Positions 9,416 to 18,625 of a stretch of 27,630 bases of DNA are shown here, piece by piece. The stretch comes from Myxococcota bacterium (GTDB lineage: Bacteria > Myxococcota > SpSt-1050). How positions within the stretch are numbered: the first letter of the stretch is position 1; the number at the start of each line of letters is the position of its first letter. The stretch covers positions 1 to 27,630 of the forward strand of contig JBMFOP010000038.1 of assembly GCA_049969675.1 (NCBI GenBank), given 5' to 3'. The notes under the pieces were generated by a model, which saw nothing but the letters and a program-made list of their open reading frames with translations, was not told the DNA's origin and did no database searches. The position numbers were made by a program, and so were the translations under genes.

Positions 9416-12400
9416 ATATCTGTTCAAGGGTAAGAGAGACAGCCTTTGAGATTCCAGGTTCCTGCATAGTAATTCCATATATCTGATTTGCTGCCTCCAT
9501 AGTTCTCTTATTATGGGTAATAACCAGAAATCTGCTATTCTTTGCAAACTCTTTGATCAAAGTGATGAATCTGCCAGTATTCACTTCATCCAGCGGTGCA
9601 TCCACCTCATCAAGGACACAGAATGGAGCAGGTTTAATCTTATATATTGCAAATACCAGAGATAAACCCACAAGTGCCTTCTCTCCTCCAGAGAGCATAT
9701 CAATTGAAATAAGTTTCTTCCCCCTTGGGTTGACAATGATATCCACACCACCTTCAAGTAGATTATTCTCATCCATCAGTCTCAAAGATGCCTTCCCACC
9801 GGACATCAGAACAGGTGCAACCTCTGTGAGTTTCTCATTAATCTTGTTGAATGTCTCAATAAATCTCTCTTTTGAGATTCTGTTAATCCTTGCTATTGCC
9901 CTCTTAAGATTCTCTATTGCACGCTTGAGGTCATCGTAGTTATTTTGTAAAAACTCCCTACGTTTTGAGAGATTTTCATATTCAGCGATAGCAGTCAGGT
10001 TTATCTCACCAAAATTTTCAATTATATTTTTGAGTTCCTCGATTCGTTCTTTATCTTTGTCTGTCAATTCTTCTGCATTCATAATGTAGCCATTTGTTAT
10101 TTCGTCTGCAATATTTACATTGAGCTTATCACTACAGAAGTTGACTAAATTCTCCTTCTTGAACTGCAACTCCTTGAGCCTCAGTGTGAGTGTAGAAATC
10201 TTTTCTCGTATTTCAAATATCTGTCTTTGAATATCTTTGAGAAGTCCCTCAATATTGAGTATCTCTTCAGAGAATTTGTTATAGTCATTTAATAAAAGGT
10301 TCTTCTCCTCTGTTATTGCCCTGAGTTCTGCTATAAGATTGTCAAATTCAGAGGATTTATTCTTTATTTCATCTTTTAACTGGTTTATCTTAATGTTGTT
10401 TGCAGAGATAGAGTTTGTGATAATCTCTATCTCGTAACTCAAATTCTTCTGCTCATTTGAGATTCTGTTTATCAGGTTCAGAATAGATTGAAGTTTTTCA
10501 TTGTCGGAGGCAGATTGGATTCTGAAATTGGTAAGTCTCTCACTCTGTATCTTCTCTTCGGTTGAGAGTTCATTGAGTTCTTTTTGAATAGAGAGTTCAA
10601 GGGCCTTGAGTTCGTCCCTCCTGACCTCAAAGCCCTTAATGGACTCTTCTATGTTTAAGAGCTCCTCCCTGTTATCCTTTAGTTCATTCTCATATCTCTC
10701 ACTCTCAAAAGATATTACATTTAACCTATCATTGATGCGATTTAGCTGTTCCTGTATTGATGAGATATCTTTCTCAATCTCAACCTTCCTTATCCTGTGA
10801 GATTGAATCTCCTCTTTGAGAGTTTCAAGATAGCCTTTGAGTCTTATTATCTCTTCCTTAAGTGTGAGGTGTTTCTGTTGCTCCAATTCAAGTGACCTCT
10901 CAAATTCCTCAATCTTGGGTTTGAGTTCTCTTATTTCTCTCTTACGTGCAAACTGTCCGCCACTCTTATCCTTCTTTCCTCCTGTGATGATTCCAGAGTG
11001 TTCAATAATATCGCCTTCTGGAGTTAGAAGAGTCTTATTAAAACCATTATTTGACCAGAGGGTGAGAGCATTAGAGATATTGTCCACTATTACTACATCG
11101 CTAAATAGGGCATTTGAAATCTCCTGAAATTCCGGTGAACATTTTATGTAGTTTACTGCCGGTCCTATTACCCCTTCACCGGAGGGCGTACCGGATGTGG
11201 AAGAGTGGCTTTTGGGTTTTATCGGGATGAATGTTGTTCTACCTGATGCACTTGTCTTTAATAGATTGAGTGCATGAATACCTACCTCTGGTTCTTTTAT
11301 AATGAGTGATTGAAGCTTTTCCCCAAGGAATGACTCAATAGCCCTCTCATATGGTGGTTCTACCTCAATGTATTCTGTGATCAGTCCCATTATCCCCTCT
11401 GTTAGCCTTTCATCTGTATCCTCTTCACGAGCTTTTAAGATAGCCTTTATCCCTTCATCAAAGCCCTCCAGATTCCTCTCAAGTTCCACAAGAGAATTGT
11501 ACCTGGACCTTATCTCTGTTAGATTCTCTTTTATGTTCATTATGGTTGTTTCAGAGTGGAGAAGTTGACTCTCCATATCATTCAATTTTTCTGTAAATGT
11601 GCGGAACTTTACCTCTGACTCCTCCATATCTCTACTCTTTAAATCAAATTCTGTATTCTTCTCTTCTATCCCCTTTGTGAGAGATGCTTGCTGGGAGAGG
11701 AGTGTCTCCCTTTCCGATTTTAAGCCTTCAATCCTTTTGAGCACATCCTGAATAGAGGACTCAATGTAGTTCTTTCTATTTGTATTTCTTGCGATTTCAG
11801 TCATAATCTCAATGAGTTCTTTCTGGACATCCTGATATCGGGACTGAATCGCAGACTTTTTATCCAGAATCTCTTTAAGTTCTTTCTCCTGTTCTGAGAT
11901 TCTCACAGTGTGTATTGAAATCTCATTCTCAATCTCAGATTTTTCCAGATTTTTGAGCTCAATCTCCTTTTCAAGTTCATTGATTCTATCCCGCATCTTG
12001 ACGATTCGCTCTGTACCATCTTTATTGTTTAGAGTCAGGTGCTCAATCTCTTTTTCAAAGTAATTCTTTTCATTTTCCAATAGCCTCATCCTGCTCTCAC
12101 AGGAGATAATCCTGTTGTTGAGTTCATTAATTAGTTTTTCTCTCTCCCCAAGTTCAGTTGAAATATTTATATGTCTGGATTCTAATTCTGCAAGTTGTGT
12201 GTTTAACTCAGCCTCTCTGTTCTTTAATTGGTTTATTTCATCCTCTCTATTCTTCTCTTCCGTAAGGATATCTTTAAGTTCAAATCTTGCACCTTTCAGT
12301 TCAATCAAATTGAGTTCCTCTTTGAGTTTCTTATATCTTTCAGCCTTCTTTGCCTGTTTCTGTATAATAGCTATCTGACGGTCAATCTCTTTAATTACAT

Positions 12401-12986
12401 CCGATATCCTTAATAGATTGTTCTCGGTCTGCTCAAGCCTTGAAAGGGCGACCTTCTTTCTGTTGCGATATTTGGTAATTCCAGCCGCCTCTTCTACCAT
12501 CAATCTTCTATCCTCAGGGGAGGAGGTGGCAAAATTCGTAATAGTCCCCTGATCAATAATAGAATATGCCCTCGTTCCAAAGCCCGTTCCCAGAAAAAGC
12601 TCTACTATATCTGTAAGTCTGCAGGGAATTTTATTGATCAGGTATTCACTCTCTCCAGTTCTAAATATCCTTCTGGTGATACATATCTCGTTATATGAAT
12701 TATATTGTGGAGGGAGATTTTTCTCATCATTTTCAAAATAGAATGAGACCTCCGCCATACCTGATGCAGCAAACTTCTCAGTTCCGTTGAATATTACGGA
12801 ATCCATAGATTTGCCACGAATCTTTGAAGGCGCCTGTTCACCTAAAACCCATCTTATCGCATCCACAACATTACTTTTGCCGCATCCATTGGGTCCAACT
12901 ATACAATTTATTCCATCCTTAAAATATATGATTGTGTGGTTGAAAAAAGACTTAAATCCAATCAATTCTAACTTTACAGGTCTCAT
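9402..12986 (-). CDS. smc: Chromosome segregation ATPase SMC
   Basis: Walker A GPNGCGKSN, DAIRWVLGE, long coiled coils, hinge (GRTTFIP, GIITGG), signature LSGGEKAL, Walker B/D-loop LDEVDAPLD, ITH; 1194 aa. Confidence 0.97.
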   Translation of the reverse strand: MRPVKLELIGFKSFFNHTIIYFKDGINCIVGPNGCGKSNVVDAIRWVLGEQAPSKIRGKSMDSVIFNGTEKFAASGMAEVSFYFENDEKNLPPQYNSYNEICITRRIFRTGESEYLINKIPCRLTDIVELFLGTGFGTRAYSIIDQGTITNFATSSPEDRRLMVEEAAGITKYRNRKKVALSRLEQTENNLLRISDVIKEIDRQIAIIQKQAKKAERYKKLKEELNLIELKGARFELKDILTEEKNREDEINQLKNREAELNTQLAELESRHINISTELGEREKLINELNNRIISCESRMRLLENEKNYFEKEIEHLTLNNKDGTERIVKMRDRINELEKEIELKNLEKSEIENEISIHTVRISEQEKELKEILDKKSAIQSRYQDVQKELIEIMTEIARNTNRKNYIESSIQDVLKRIEGLKSERETLLSQQASLTKGIEEKNTEFDLKSRDMEESEVKFRTFTEKLNDMESQLLHSETTIMNIKENLTEIRSRYNSLVELERNLEGFDEGIKAILKAREEDTDERLTEGIMGLITEYIEVEPPYERAIESFLGEKLQSLIIKEPEVGIHALNLLKTSASGRTTFIPIKPKSHSSTSGTPSGEGVIGPAVNYIKCSPEFQEISNALFSDVVIVDNISNALTLWSNNGFNKTLLTPEGDIIEHSGIITGGKKDKSGGQFARKREIRELKPKIEEFERSLELEQQKHLTLKEEIIRLKGYLETLKEEIQSHRIRKVEIEKDISSIQEQLNRINDRLNVISFESERYENELKDNREELLNIEESIKGFEVRRDELKALELSIQKELNELSTEEKIQSERLTNFRIQSASDNEKLQSILNLINRISNEQKNLSYEIEIITNSISANNIKINQLKDEIKNKSSEFDNLIAELRAITEEKNLLLNDYNKFSEEILNIEGLLKDIQRQIFEIREKISTLTLRLKELQFKKENLVNFCSDKLNVNIADEITNGYIMNAEELTDKDKERIEELKNIIENFGEINLTAIAEYENLSKRREFLQNNYDDLKRAIENLKRAIARINRISKERFIETFNKINEKLTEVAPVLMSGGKASLRLMDENNLLEGGVDIIVNPRGKKLISIDMLSGGEKALVGLSLVFAIYKIKPAPFCVLDEVDAPLDEVNTGRFITLIKEFAKNSRFLVITHNKRTMEAANQIYGITMQEPGISKAVSLTLEQIFNEE

Positions 12987-13093
12987 AAAACCTCTTAATA
13001 TATACTATATTATTAAAGTGTAGTGCAATGTATATCGCAATACATCAAAGTTGATTTCTACTAACATACGATAAAGCCAAATGCAAGAAAAAA

Positions 13094-14203
13094 TTAGTTT
13101 ATTTCTATGAGTTCAAATTTTCTGCTTCCAACTCCTATCTTCTCGGCGTGTTTCAATATAATTGTATAGTCAATCCTGGGTCTTAAAGCCTTTAGTTTGT
13201 CCTCAGCACCTGAATGTTTCTCCATTACGGAGAGCAAAGAGATAGGGGCTTTATTAAATAGATAAATGGATGCCTCATCAATTGCCACAGGGTCTCTGGA
13301 TGCCAGAATCCCTATATCAGGGGTCAGTCTATTATCACTCCAATCACAACAGTCACAATCGGCGGTGATATTCATCAGGAAGTTGAAGAAGATTACTTTA
13401 TTTCTCTTGTTTTTTATTGCTGCAAATGCATATTCGGCAGTTTTACATTGAAGTGGCTCACTTGAGGTCTTCCAATTTTCTGGAATTGCCCTGTGTGGAC
13501 AGACCACAATACATTCTCCGCAACCAATACATTTTGTTTGGTCAATATATGCCTTCTTGTTCTCTTTGAGTATAATACATTTTACCGGGCAATGTCTTAT
13601 ACAGATTGAATCGCCTTTGCATAATTCTTCATCTACATAAGGCTTGACATCACTATGGAGTATCTGTTTCCCGGCAGAGGTTGCGCAACCCATACCCAGA
13701 TTTTTTAATGCACCCCCAAAGGAGAATAGCATATGCCCCTTAAAGTGAGATATGACTGCCATCGCAGTTGAGTGAAAAATAGAACCTGCAATCTTTGCCT
13801 TCTTGATATAATCGCCATTGATCTCCTCCTCAACAACATCTGTCCCGGTCAATCCATCTGCAACAATAATAGGTGCACCTGTGCTCTCCAGAGTAAAACC
13901 ATTGTGAGCAGCGGTTTTTATGTTCTCTATTGCATTCTTTCTCTCCCCGGTATAGAGAGTATTGGTATCTGTAACAAAGATGTTTTGACAGCTCTTCTTG
14001 ATCTCATCCACTATGGTCCTGATAAAAGGGACGGGGATAAATGTGGTATTCCCTTTCTCGCCCCAGTGAACTTTGACAGCCACTCTATCATTCTCCTCAA
14101 AAACCTTATCAAACTCTGCCCTGAGATAGAGCGTTCTAATCTTCTCCAATAGATTTTTCTTTGGGTTTGCCCGAAAGTTTGTATAAAATACCTTTGATCT
14201 CAT
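13094..14203 (-). CDS. DUF362-type Fe-S protein with ferredoxin-like insert
   Basis: VAVKVHWGEKGN, TDTNTLY, SHFKGH, FGGALKNLGMGC, CDC, DIGILASRDPVAID, plus CKGDSICIRHCP and CIGCGECIVVCP. Start set at ATG 14203 with SD GAGGT. Confidence 0.85.
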   Translation of the reverse strand: MRSKVFYTNFRANPKKNLLEKIRTLYLRAEFDKVFEENDRVAVKVHWGEKGNTTFIPVPFIRTIVDEIKKSCQNIFVTDTNTLYTGERKNAIENIKTAAHNGFTLESTGAPIIVADGLTGTDVVEEEINGDYIKKAKIAGSIFHSTAMAVISHFKGHMLFSFGGALKNLGMGCATSAGKQILHSDVKPYVDEELCKGDSICIRHCPVKCIILKENKKAYIDQTKCIGCGECIVVCPHRAIPENWKTSSEPLQCKTAEYAFAAIKNKRNKVIFFNFLMNITADCDCCDWSDNRLTPDIGILASRDPVAIDEASIYLFNKAPISLLSVMEKHSGAEDKLKALRPRIDYTIILKHAEKIGVGSRKFELIEIN

Positions 14204-14210
14204 AGTTACC

Positions 14211-15188
14211 TCATTGTGGATTTTGAGATATATCTGTATCAATATCTCTAAATTTCATACCTAAAAGTGGGATTGAGATTACCCCGGCGATAGTTACTGG
14301 AATCAGTTGAATAAAGTGATAAGTCAGGGCAATAGAGAGTGCAATTGATTTTTCTATATTGAAAAATCCGAGGGCAAGGACAACAGAGAGTTCAAATGTC
14401 CCAAGTGAACCGGGTGCTGCAGGAATCATTATTGCGATGTTTACTGCGAGTAGTGTGAGGAGTGCCGCAAGCGGTGTCAGATGAATGCCAAATGAGAGTA
14501 TTACGAAGTAAATCATAAATATCTGAACGACCCATCCACAAAGAGAGAGAAGGGTAGCAAGGGTGGATGTCTTGAAATTATTGATTGCCTCAAATCCTTT
14601 CTGTAGCTTTTCAAATATGCCCTTAATTATCTCATTTGTTCTATCACTGAGTGGAATATATTTAATCGCTGTCTCAGGCCTGAGTTTCATTAGGAGTATA
14701 ATCAGGGTGAATACAATTGAGAAAAATACTATAAAGCCAAATGTCCCTTTCTTCATCCAGTCTGGCGTCTCCATTATCAGAGGCATTATCACAAGGAGTA
14801 TTAGCATACCTATTCCTTCAAAAATTCTATCCAATGCAGCAGACCCCAGAACTGTGGTCTTTGAGATATTCTCCTTCTTGCCGAGGAGAAGTGCCCTTAC
14901 AACTTCTCCGGCTCTTGCGGGCAATATGGTATTTGCCATAAATCCTACCAGATTTGTTAGATATAAGACAAAAAGCCCTGGCTTTGGCGTAAGAAGAATC
15001 TGCCATCTCAGACTCTTGAAAAGGATAACAACAAAATTTAGAATGAATACTATAGTGAGTTCAAGTGGCCTTACATTCTTAAATGCCTCTAATGCCTCTC
15101 TAAAATCAATCAAGTAGAATAATAGAGCAAATATGGCTATTGATAATATAAAACCTGCTATCTTCCAGTCTTTGAGCTCGTACTTCAT
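14211..15188 (-). CDS. UPF0104 / lysylphosphatidylglycerol synthase TM-region (flippase-like) membrane protein
   Basis: LRWQILL, ANTILPARAGEVVRA, DRIFE, PAAPGSLGTFE, YHFIQ family motifs; multi-pass hydrophobic. Start set at ATG 15188 with SD GAGG. Confidence 0.85.
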   Translation of the reverse strand: MKYELKDWKIAGFILSIAIFALLFYLIDFREALEAFKNVRPLELTIVFILNFVVILFKSLRWQILLTPKPGLFVLYLTNLVGFMANTILPARAGEVVRALLLGKKENISKTTVLGSAALDRIFEGIGMLILLVIMPLIMETPDWMKKGTFGFIVFFSIVFTLIILLMKLRPETAIKYIPLSDRTNEIIKGIFEKLQKGFEAINNFKTSTLATLLSLCGWVVQIFMIYFVILSFGIHLTPLAALLTLLAVNIAIMIPAAPGSLGTFELSVVLALGFFNIEKSIALSIALTYHFIQLIPVTIAGVISIPLLGMKFRDIDTDISQNPQ

Positions 15189-15251
15189 AGAAAGACCTCT
15201 ATTAACACAAATTGAAGAAAAATAAATTTTAAAATGTAAGAGGAATTGCGA

Positions 15252-15280
15252 TTTACATTTGTATCTGTTTTTGATATTAT
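15252..15280 (+). promoter_or_regulatory. Putative sigma70 promoter for the 15307 transcription unit
   Basis: TTTACA (15252-15257), 17-bp spacer, TATTAT (15275-15280) preceded by TG-n (extended -10). Confidence 0.45.
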
Positions 15281-15306
15281 GTATTAGCCATTTCAAGGAG
15301 GTATTT

Positions 15307-15579
15307 ATGACAAAAATAGTTAAGAATCACTCACTCGGTAAAGATGTGGCAAAGGGTAAGATTGAGCAGATGCTCCCACAGTTTGCCGAACAGTATAATC
15401 TCAAATATAGGTGGGTTAATAACTATACCGTTACATTTGAGGGGTCAGGGGCAAAGGGACAATTTGTGATTACCGATAATAGCATTGAGGGAGAGATAAG
15501 TCTGGGCTTATTGCTGAGGGCATTTGAAGGGAAGATAGTCTCGGCGGTAAATGAGAAGCTTGATAAGATTCTTTCATAA
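15307..15579 (+). CDS. Polyhydroxyalkanoic-acid-system family small protein (PHA_gran_rgn-like)
   Basis: 90 aa with pattern HSLGKDVAK...YNLKYRW...FEGSGAKG...LGLLLRAFEGKI...LDKIL; SD AAGGAGG before ATG 15307. Confidence 0.7.
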   Translation: MTKIVKNHSLGKDVAKGKIEQMLPQFAEQYNLKYRWVNNYTVTFEGSGAKGQFVITDNSIEGEISLGLLLRAFEGKIVSAVNEKLDKILS

Positions 15580-15585
15580 AAATCT

Positions 15586-16230
15586 ATGTTAGATATATTT
15601 TTCTTCTTTTTATCCTTCTTCTTGGAGGTTAAAGATTCGGCATTCCAGTTTGATGAGGGGGTAGGGGTTATCTTTAGGTATCTTATTGAAGACCTAAAAA
15701 GTAATCAGGCTTTTAATATCTCACGTAGATGTTCAATTGAACAGAAAGAGTATATTCATACTGTGGAGTTGGTCTTTGATAAGTTAAAACTGGATGTGGT
15801 AAATACAACCCCGGATTCAGATGATTACAAAAATTGTGAGGGTGTGGAGATTGAGAGTATAGCACTTACAAAGGAGAAGGCACTTTGTTATAACAAGGAG
15901 GAGCCATCTATCATCAATGTGGGTTTTATAGCGTTTATGGATAAGTCCTGTCAGAATGAACTACTTAAATACTCTAAAAAATTTTTAGGTAAGTTAGAGA
16001 AGGATATCCCATTTGACCACAGGATTATTCAGTCCAGATGCAACAATATGAACATCAGGATGAAATTTAACTCCCCGGGTTATTACAATATGACATTTAT
16101 CTGTGAGGATAGAGTCGGTATTGTCTTTATAAATAAAGAGATGCTGCAGCATTTTGAAAATACCAGAAGGCTGATTGAGGAGAAGGTAGAGGCAATTGAA
16201 AATATGCCAAAGGCGAAGGATGACTTCTAA
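15586..16230 (+). CDS. Hypothetical protein (hydrophobic N-terminus, six Cys)
   Basis: 214-aa ORF starting 6 nt after the previous gene on the same strand; no family recognised. Confidence 0.6.
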   Translation: MLDIFFFFLSFFLEVKDSAFQFDEGVGVIFRYLIEDLKSNQAFNISRRCSIEQKEYIHTVELVFDKLKLDVVNTTPDSDDYKNCEGVEIESIALTKEKALCYNKEEPSIINVGFIAFMDKSCQNELLKYSKKFLGKLEKDIPFDHRIIQSRCNNMNIRMKFNSPGYYNMTFICEDRVGIVFINKEMLQHFENTRRLIEEKVEAIENMPKAKDDF

Positions 16231-16275
16231 TTTTTGCCTTACATTGAAAATATTTTCTTTTAGTGCGAGGATTAT

Positions 16276-18531
16276 ATGAGGATATTTTCAATCTCTATTC
16301 TATCCCTGATACTTCTTATATCTGCCTGTTCTTCAGGTGAAGGAGAGAGTGACATCTTGGATTTTTCTGATATTGCACAAATTGATATTTTAGATGTGTC
16401 TATTGACATACTATCTGATGGTTCTACTGATACCACAACCTTTGCAGAGTGTGAGAGCGGGGTGGTAGGATTATATGGACCTTCTAATAAATATGAACTT
16501 TCATTTACTGTGGAGATATATCCATTCCCCAATGACTTTTATACAACTATTGATGTCAATACTCCCACTGGAATAAGACTCAACTATCCCGATGGGCTTC
16601 TATTAAATGGGGTAAATGAACTGATGGGATTCCCAACATTCCCATTTCTCATTGCTCGTTTTATTAACCCCGCTGATGTGGATGGCAGATATAAGATTAC
16701 CCCAATTGTTTCTGATAAATTTAATAAGAGGAGTTTTGTTGAAGACTTTATCTTTTTATTGCCCCTTGATGTCTTGCTTGATGAAGAAGATACTGGAAAG
16801 ATTGAAAAATCGCTCATTCCACTTGAGGTACATTCAAATAATATGGGTGGTCTATATGCACAGGTCCTGCAGATACTTGATGAGAGTAGAGAGTATGTCT
16901 TCTTCCTTATGGATAATCTCAAAGTAAAGATTGAAGATTTAAATGGGAATATAATTTCTAATGAAGGGTGTATAGCCACATCTCCAAACTTTGAGGCATT
17001 AAAGTTAAGGAGATCAATTGAATCCCGGTATCCCGAACTGGAGCCATATCGTGAGTCACTTGTGAATGTCTTTGATTCACTTGAAAATAAGCTCCACATT
17101 CCACGCAACAGGATAATAATGCTTTCAAGATTTAAGACAGGTCAGAACTTTAGTATTATGAAGGATATAAAAGATCAGATTGAAGAAATAAATAATTTTA
17201 ATGTAGAGATAACTGATATATTCAAGCCAATGGATTCAAATAAGAAATTGAGTGCGAAGATGAAAGAGTATCTTCCCTGTGCTGAAGATATAAAGAGTAT
17301 TGATGAATTTTATGATTATGATTTTTCAAATGTAGATTCTATTGTGGTTGGATATTATGATTCACCAAATTATCTGAACGAGAAAAATAGGCTTAATTAT
17401 GATATAGATAAGAAGAGGTATCTACCTGTGGGGAAGAGCAGGATACAATTTATTTTGATATTGCCAGTAAAGGATGATGCAAAGGGGATAATTTCTCCTG
17501 CACCATTTGTCCTTTTTCAACACGCCTTTGAGGTGTGCAAGGAGACCTCAATGGCGCTTGCAGGGACATTTAGCTCCTTTGGATTTGCCATTGGGGGAAT
17601 TGATATGATTGGTCATGGAATTCGTTCAGGTAATCCTCGTTGTGAGGATGGAAGACTATATTGCGACACACAATCGCTGGACTTTATTAAGGTAAATGAT
17701 ATGCTTACCACTGTAAACTGGCTCAGACAATCTGCAATTGATACAATGGCATTTTATCAAATGATAAAGGGTTTAGAACTTGATATCGTGCCATCAGTGG
17801 CTGATGAAAATGGAGTTGTAATTAAAGAGGAATCAGGGGACAATATTCTGGATATCAATACTAAAACTTCACTCTTTACTTCGCAATCACTCGGCTCTTA
17901 TCTTGGGATTTCCATTGTCAGTTTATTAAATGACTTCAATAGTGCAGTCTTTAATGTCCCCGCTGCAGCATTTTTTAAGTTACTCTCGGTTGATTTGTCA
18001 GAGAATGGAGAGATATGGGAACTCGGTGATATGTATCTACCTTTTATTTTATCAATACAGACACTCGTAGATGAGATTGAGGTCTTGAACTTTACAAAGA
18101 GATATTTTACAGAGAATGGCGTCAATATGAATGTGCTTATTCAGGCAGCCAAGAATGATAAAGTTGTGCCCCATAATGGGACGGAGATGCTCGGGCACTT
18201 TATGAGGCTTGAACAGGTGGATGCGTTGAGAGTGATTGAGGGCGTACCGCAGGTAAACTCTCCACACTCTGGTTCATATCATTCCGAGAAGTTGACCGCG
18301 GCATATTATCAATTTGACCCCGCCGAGCACATCTTTTACTTAAAGAGTTTTACAGAGGGAGTTAGGCAGTCAGCCCAATATCAGTCTGCTGTGTTTTTAA
18401 AGAGTTCTCTTTTTAGAAGGGATAAAGGTGGACTGGTCCTGAATCCATATAGTTGTTCACAGATTGATGATTTTATTGAAGAGGCTAAGAGTTATCCACT
18501 TGAAGTCCTCTCAAATCCCTATTGTAAGTGA
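16276..18531 (+). CDS. Large lipoprotein with C-terminal alpha/beta-hydrolase (extracellular lipase-like) domain
   Basis: Lipobox ISAC, Asp-rich linker, YPFPNDFY, VLFQHAF, IDMIGHG.R, LRQSAID, nucleophile elbow SQSLG, candidate Asp in NDKVVP and candidate His in AEHIF. Confidence 0.7.
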   Translation: MRIFSISILSLILLISACSSGEGESDILDFSDIAQIDILDVSIDILSDGSTDTTTFAECESGVVGLYGPSNKYELSFTVEIYPFPNDFYTTIDVNTPTGIRLNYPDGLLLNGVNELMGFPTFPFLIARFINPADVDGRYKITPIVSDKFNKRSFVEDFIFLLPLDVLLDEEDTGKIEKSLIPLEVHSNNMGGLYAQVLQILDESREYVFFLMDNLKVKIEDLNGNIISNEGCIATSPNFEALKLRRSIESRYPELEPYRESLVNVFDSLENKLHIPRNRIIMLSRFKTGQNFSIMKDIKDQIEEINNFNVEITDIFKPMDSNKKLSAKMKEYLPCAEDIKSIDEFYDYDFSNVDSIVVGYYDSPNYLNEKNRLNYDIDKKRYLPVGKSRIQFILILPVKDDAKGIISPAPFVLFQHAFEVCKETSMALAGTFSSFGFAIGGIDMIGHGIRSGNPRCEDGRLYCDTQSLDFIKVNDMLTTVNWLRQSAIDTMAFYQMIKGLELDIVPSVADENGVVIKEESGDNILDINTKTSLFTSQSLGSYLGISIVSLLNDFNSAVFNVPAAAFFKLLSVDLSENGEIWELGDMYLPFILSIQTLVDEIEVLNFTKRYFTENGVNMNVLIQAAKNDKVVPHNGTEMLGHFMRLEQVDALRVIEGVPQVNSPHSGSYHSEKLTAAYYQFDPAEHIFYLKSFTEGVRQSAQYQSAVFLKSSLFRRDKGGLVLNPYSCSQIDDFIEEAKSYPLEVLSNPYCK

Positions 18532-18574
18532 GGATATAATGACTGATTGTAAGTAGGTGATGGATAAAAATTAC

Positions 18575-18602
18575 TTGAAAAATTTTATATTAAATATAAA
18601 AT
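18575..18602 (+). promoter_or_regulatory. Putative sigma70 promoter for the 1212-aa surface protein
   Basis: TTGAAA (18575-18580), 16 bp, TAAAAT (18597-18602), followed by AAGGAGG SD; AT-rich context weakens specificity. Confidence 0.3.
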
Positions 18603-18625
18603 AGGAATCTATCAAAGGAGGTTAT

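Noticed and set aside
9402..12986. SMC as part of a Wadjet/Lamassu-type defence system
   Set aside because: Canonical housekeeping SMC with hinge and standard motifs; no jet/mks/nuclease neighbours recognised.
9553..13023. Plus-strand ORFs inside smc (and similar antisense ORFs within metH, the flippase-like gene and the hydrolase)
   Set aside because: Ser/Leu/Phe-rich shadow frames of Glu/Lys-rich real genes; no motifs or SDs.
12987..13027. NrdR-box-like AT-rich sequence upstream of smc
   Set aside because: Spacing and symmetry do not fit the 16-bp consensus as I recall it.
16246..16257. 12-bp palindrome GAAAATATTTTC
   Set aside because: Low-complexity AT palindrome expected by chance at this composition.
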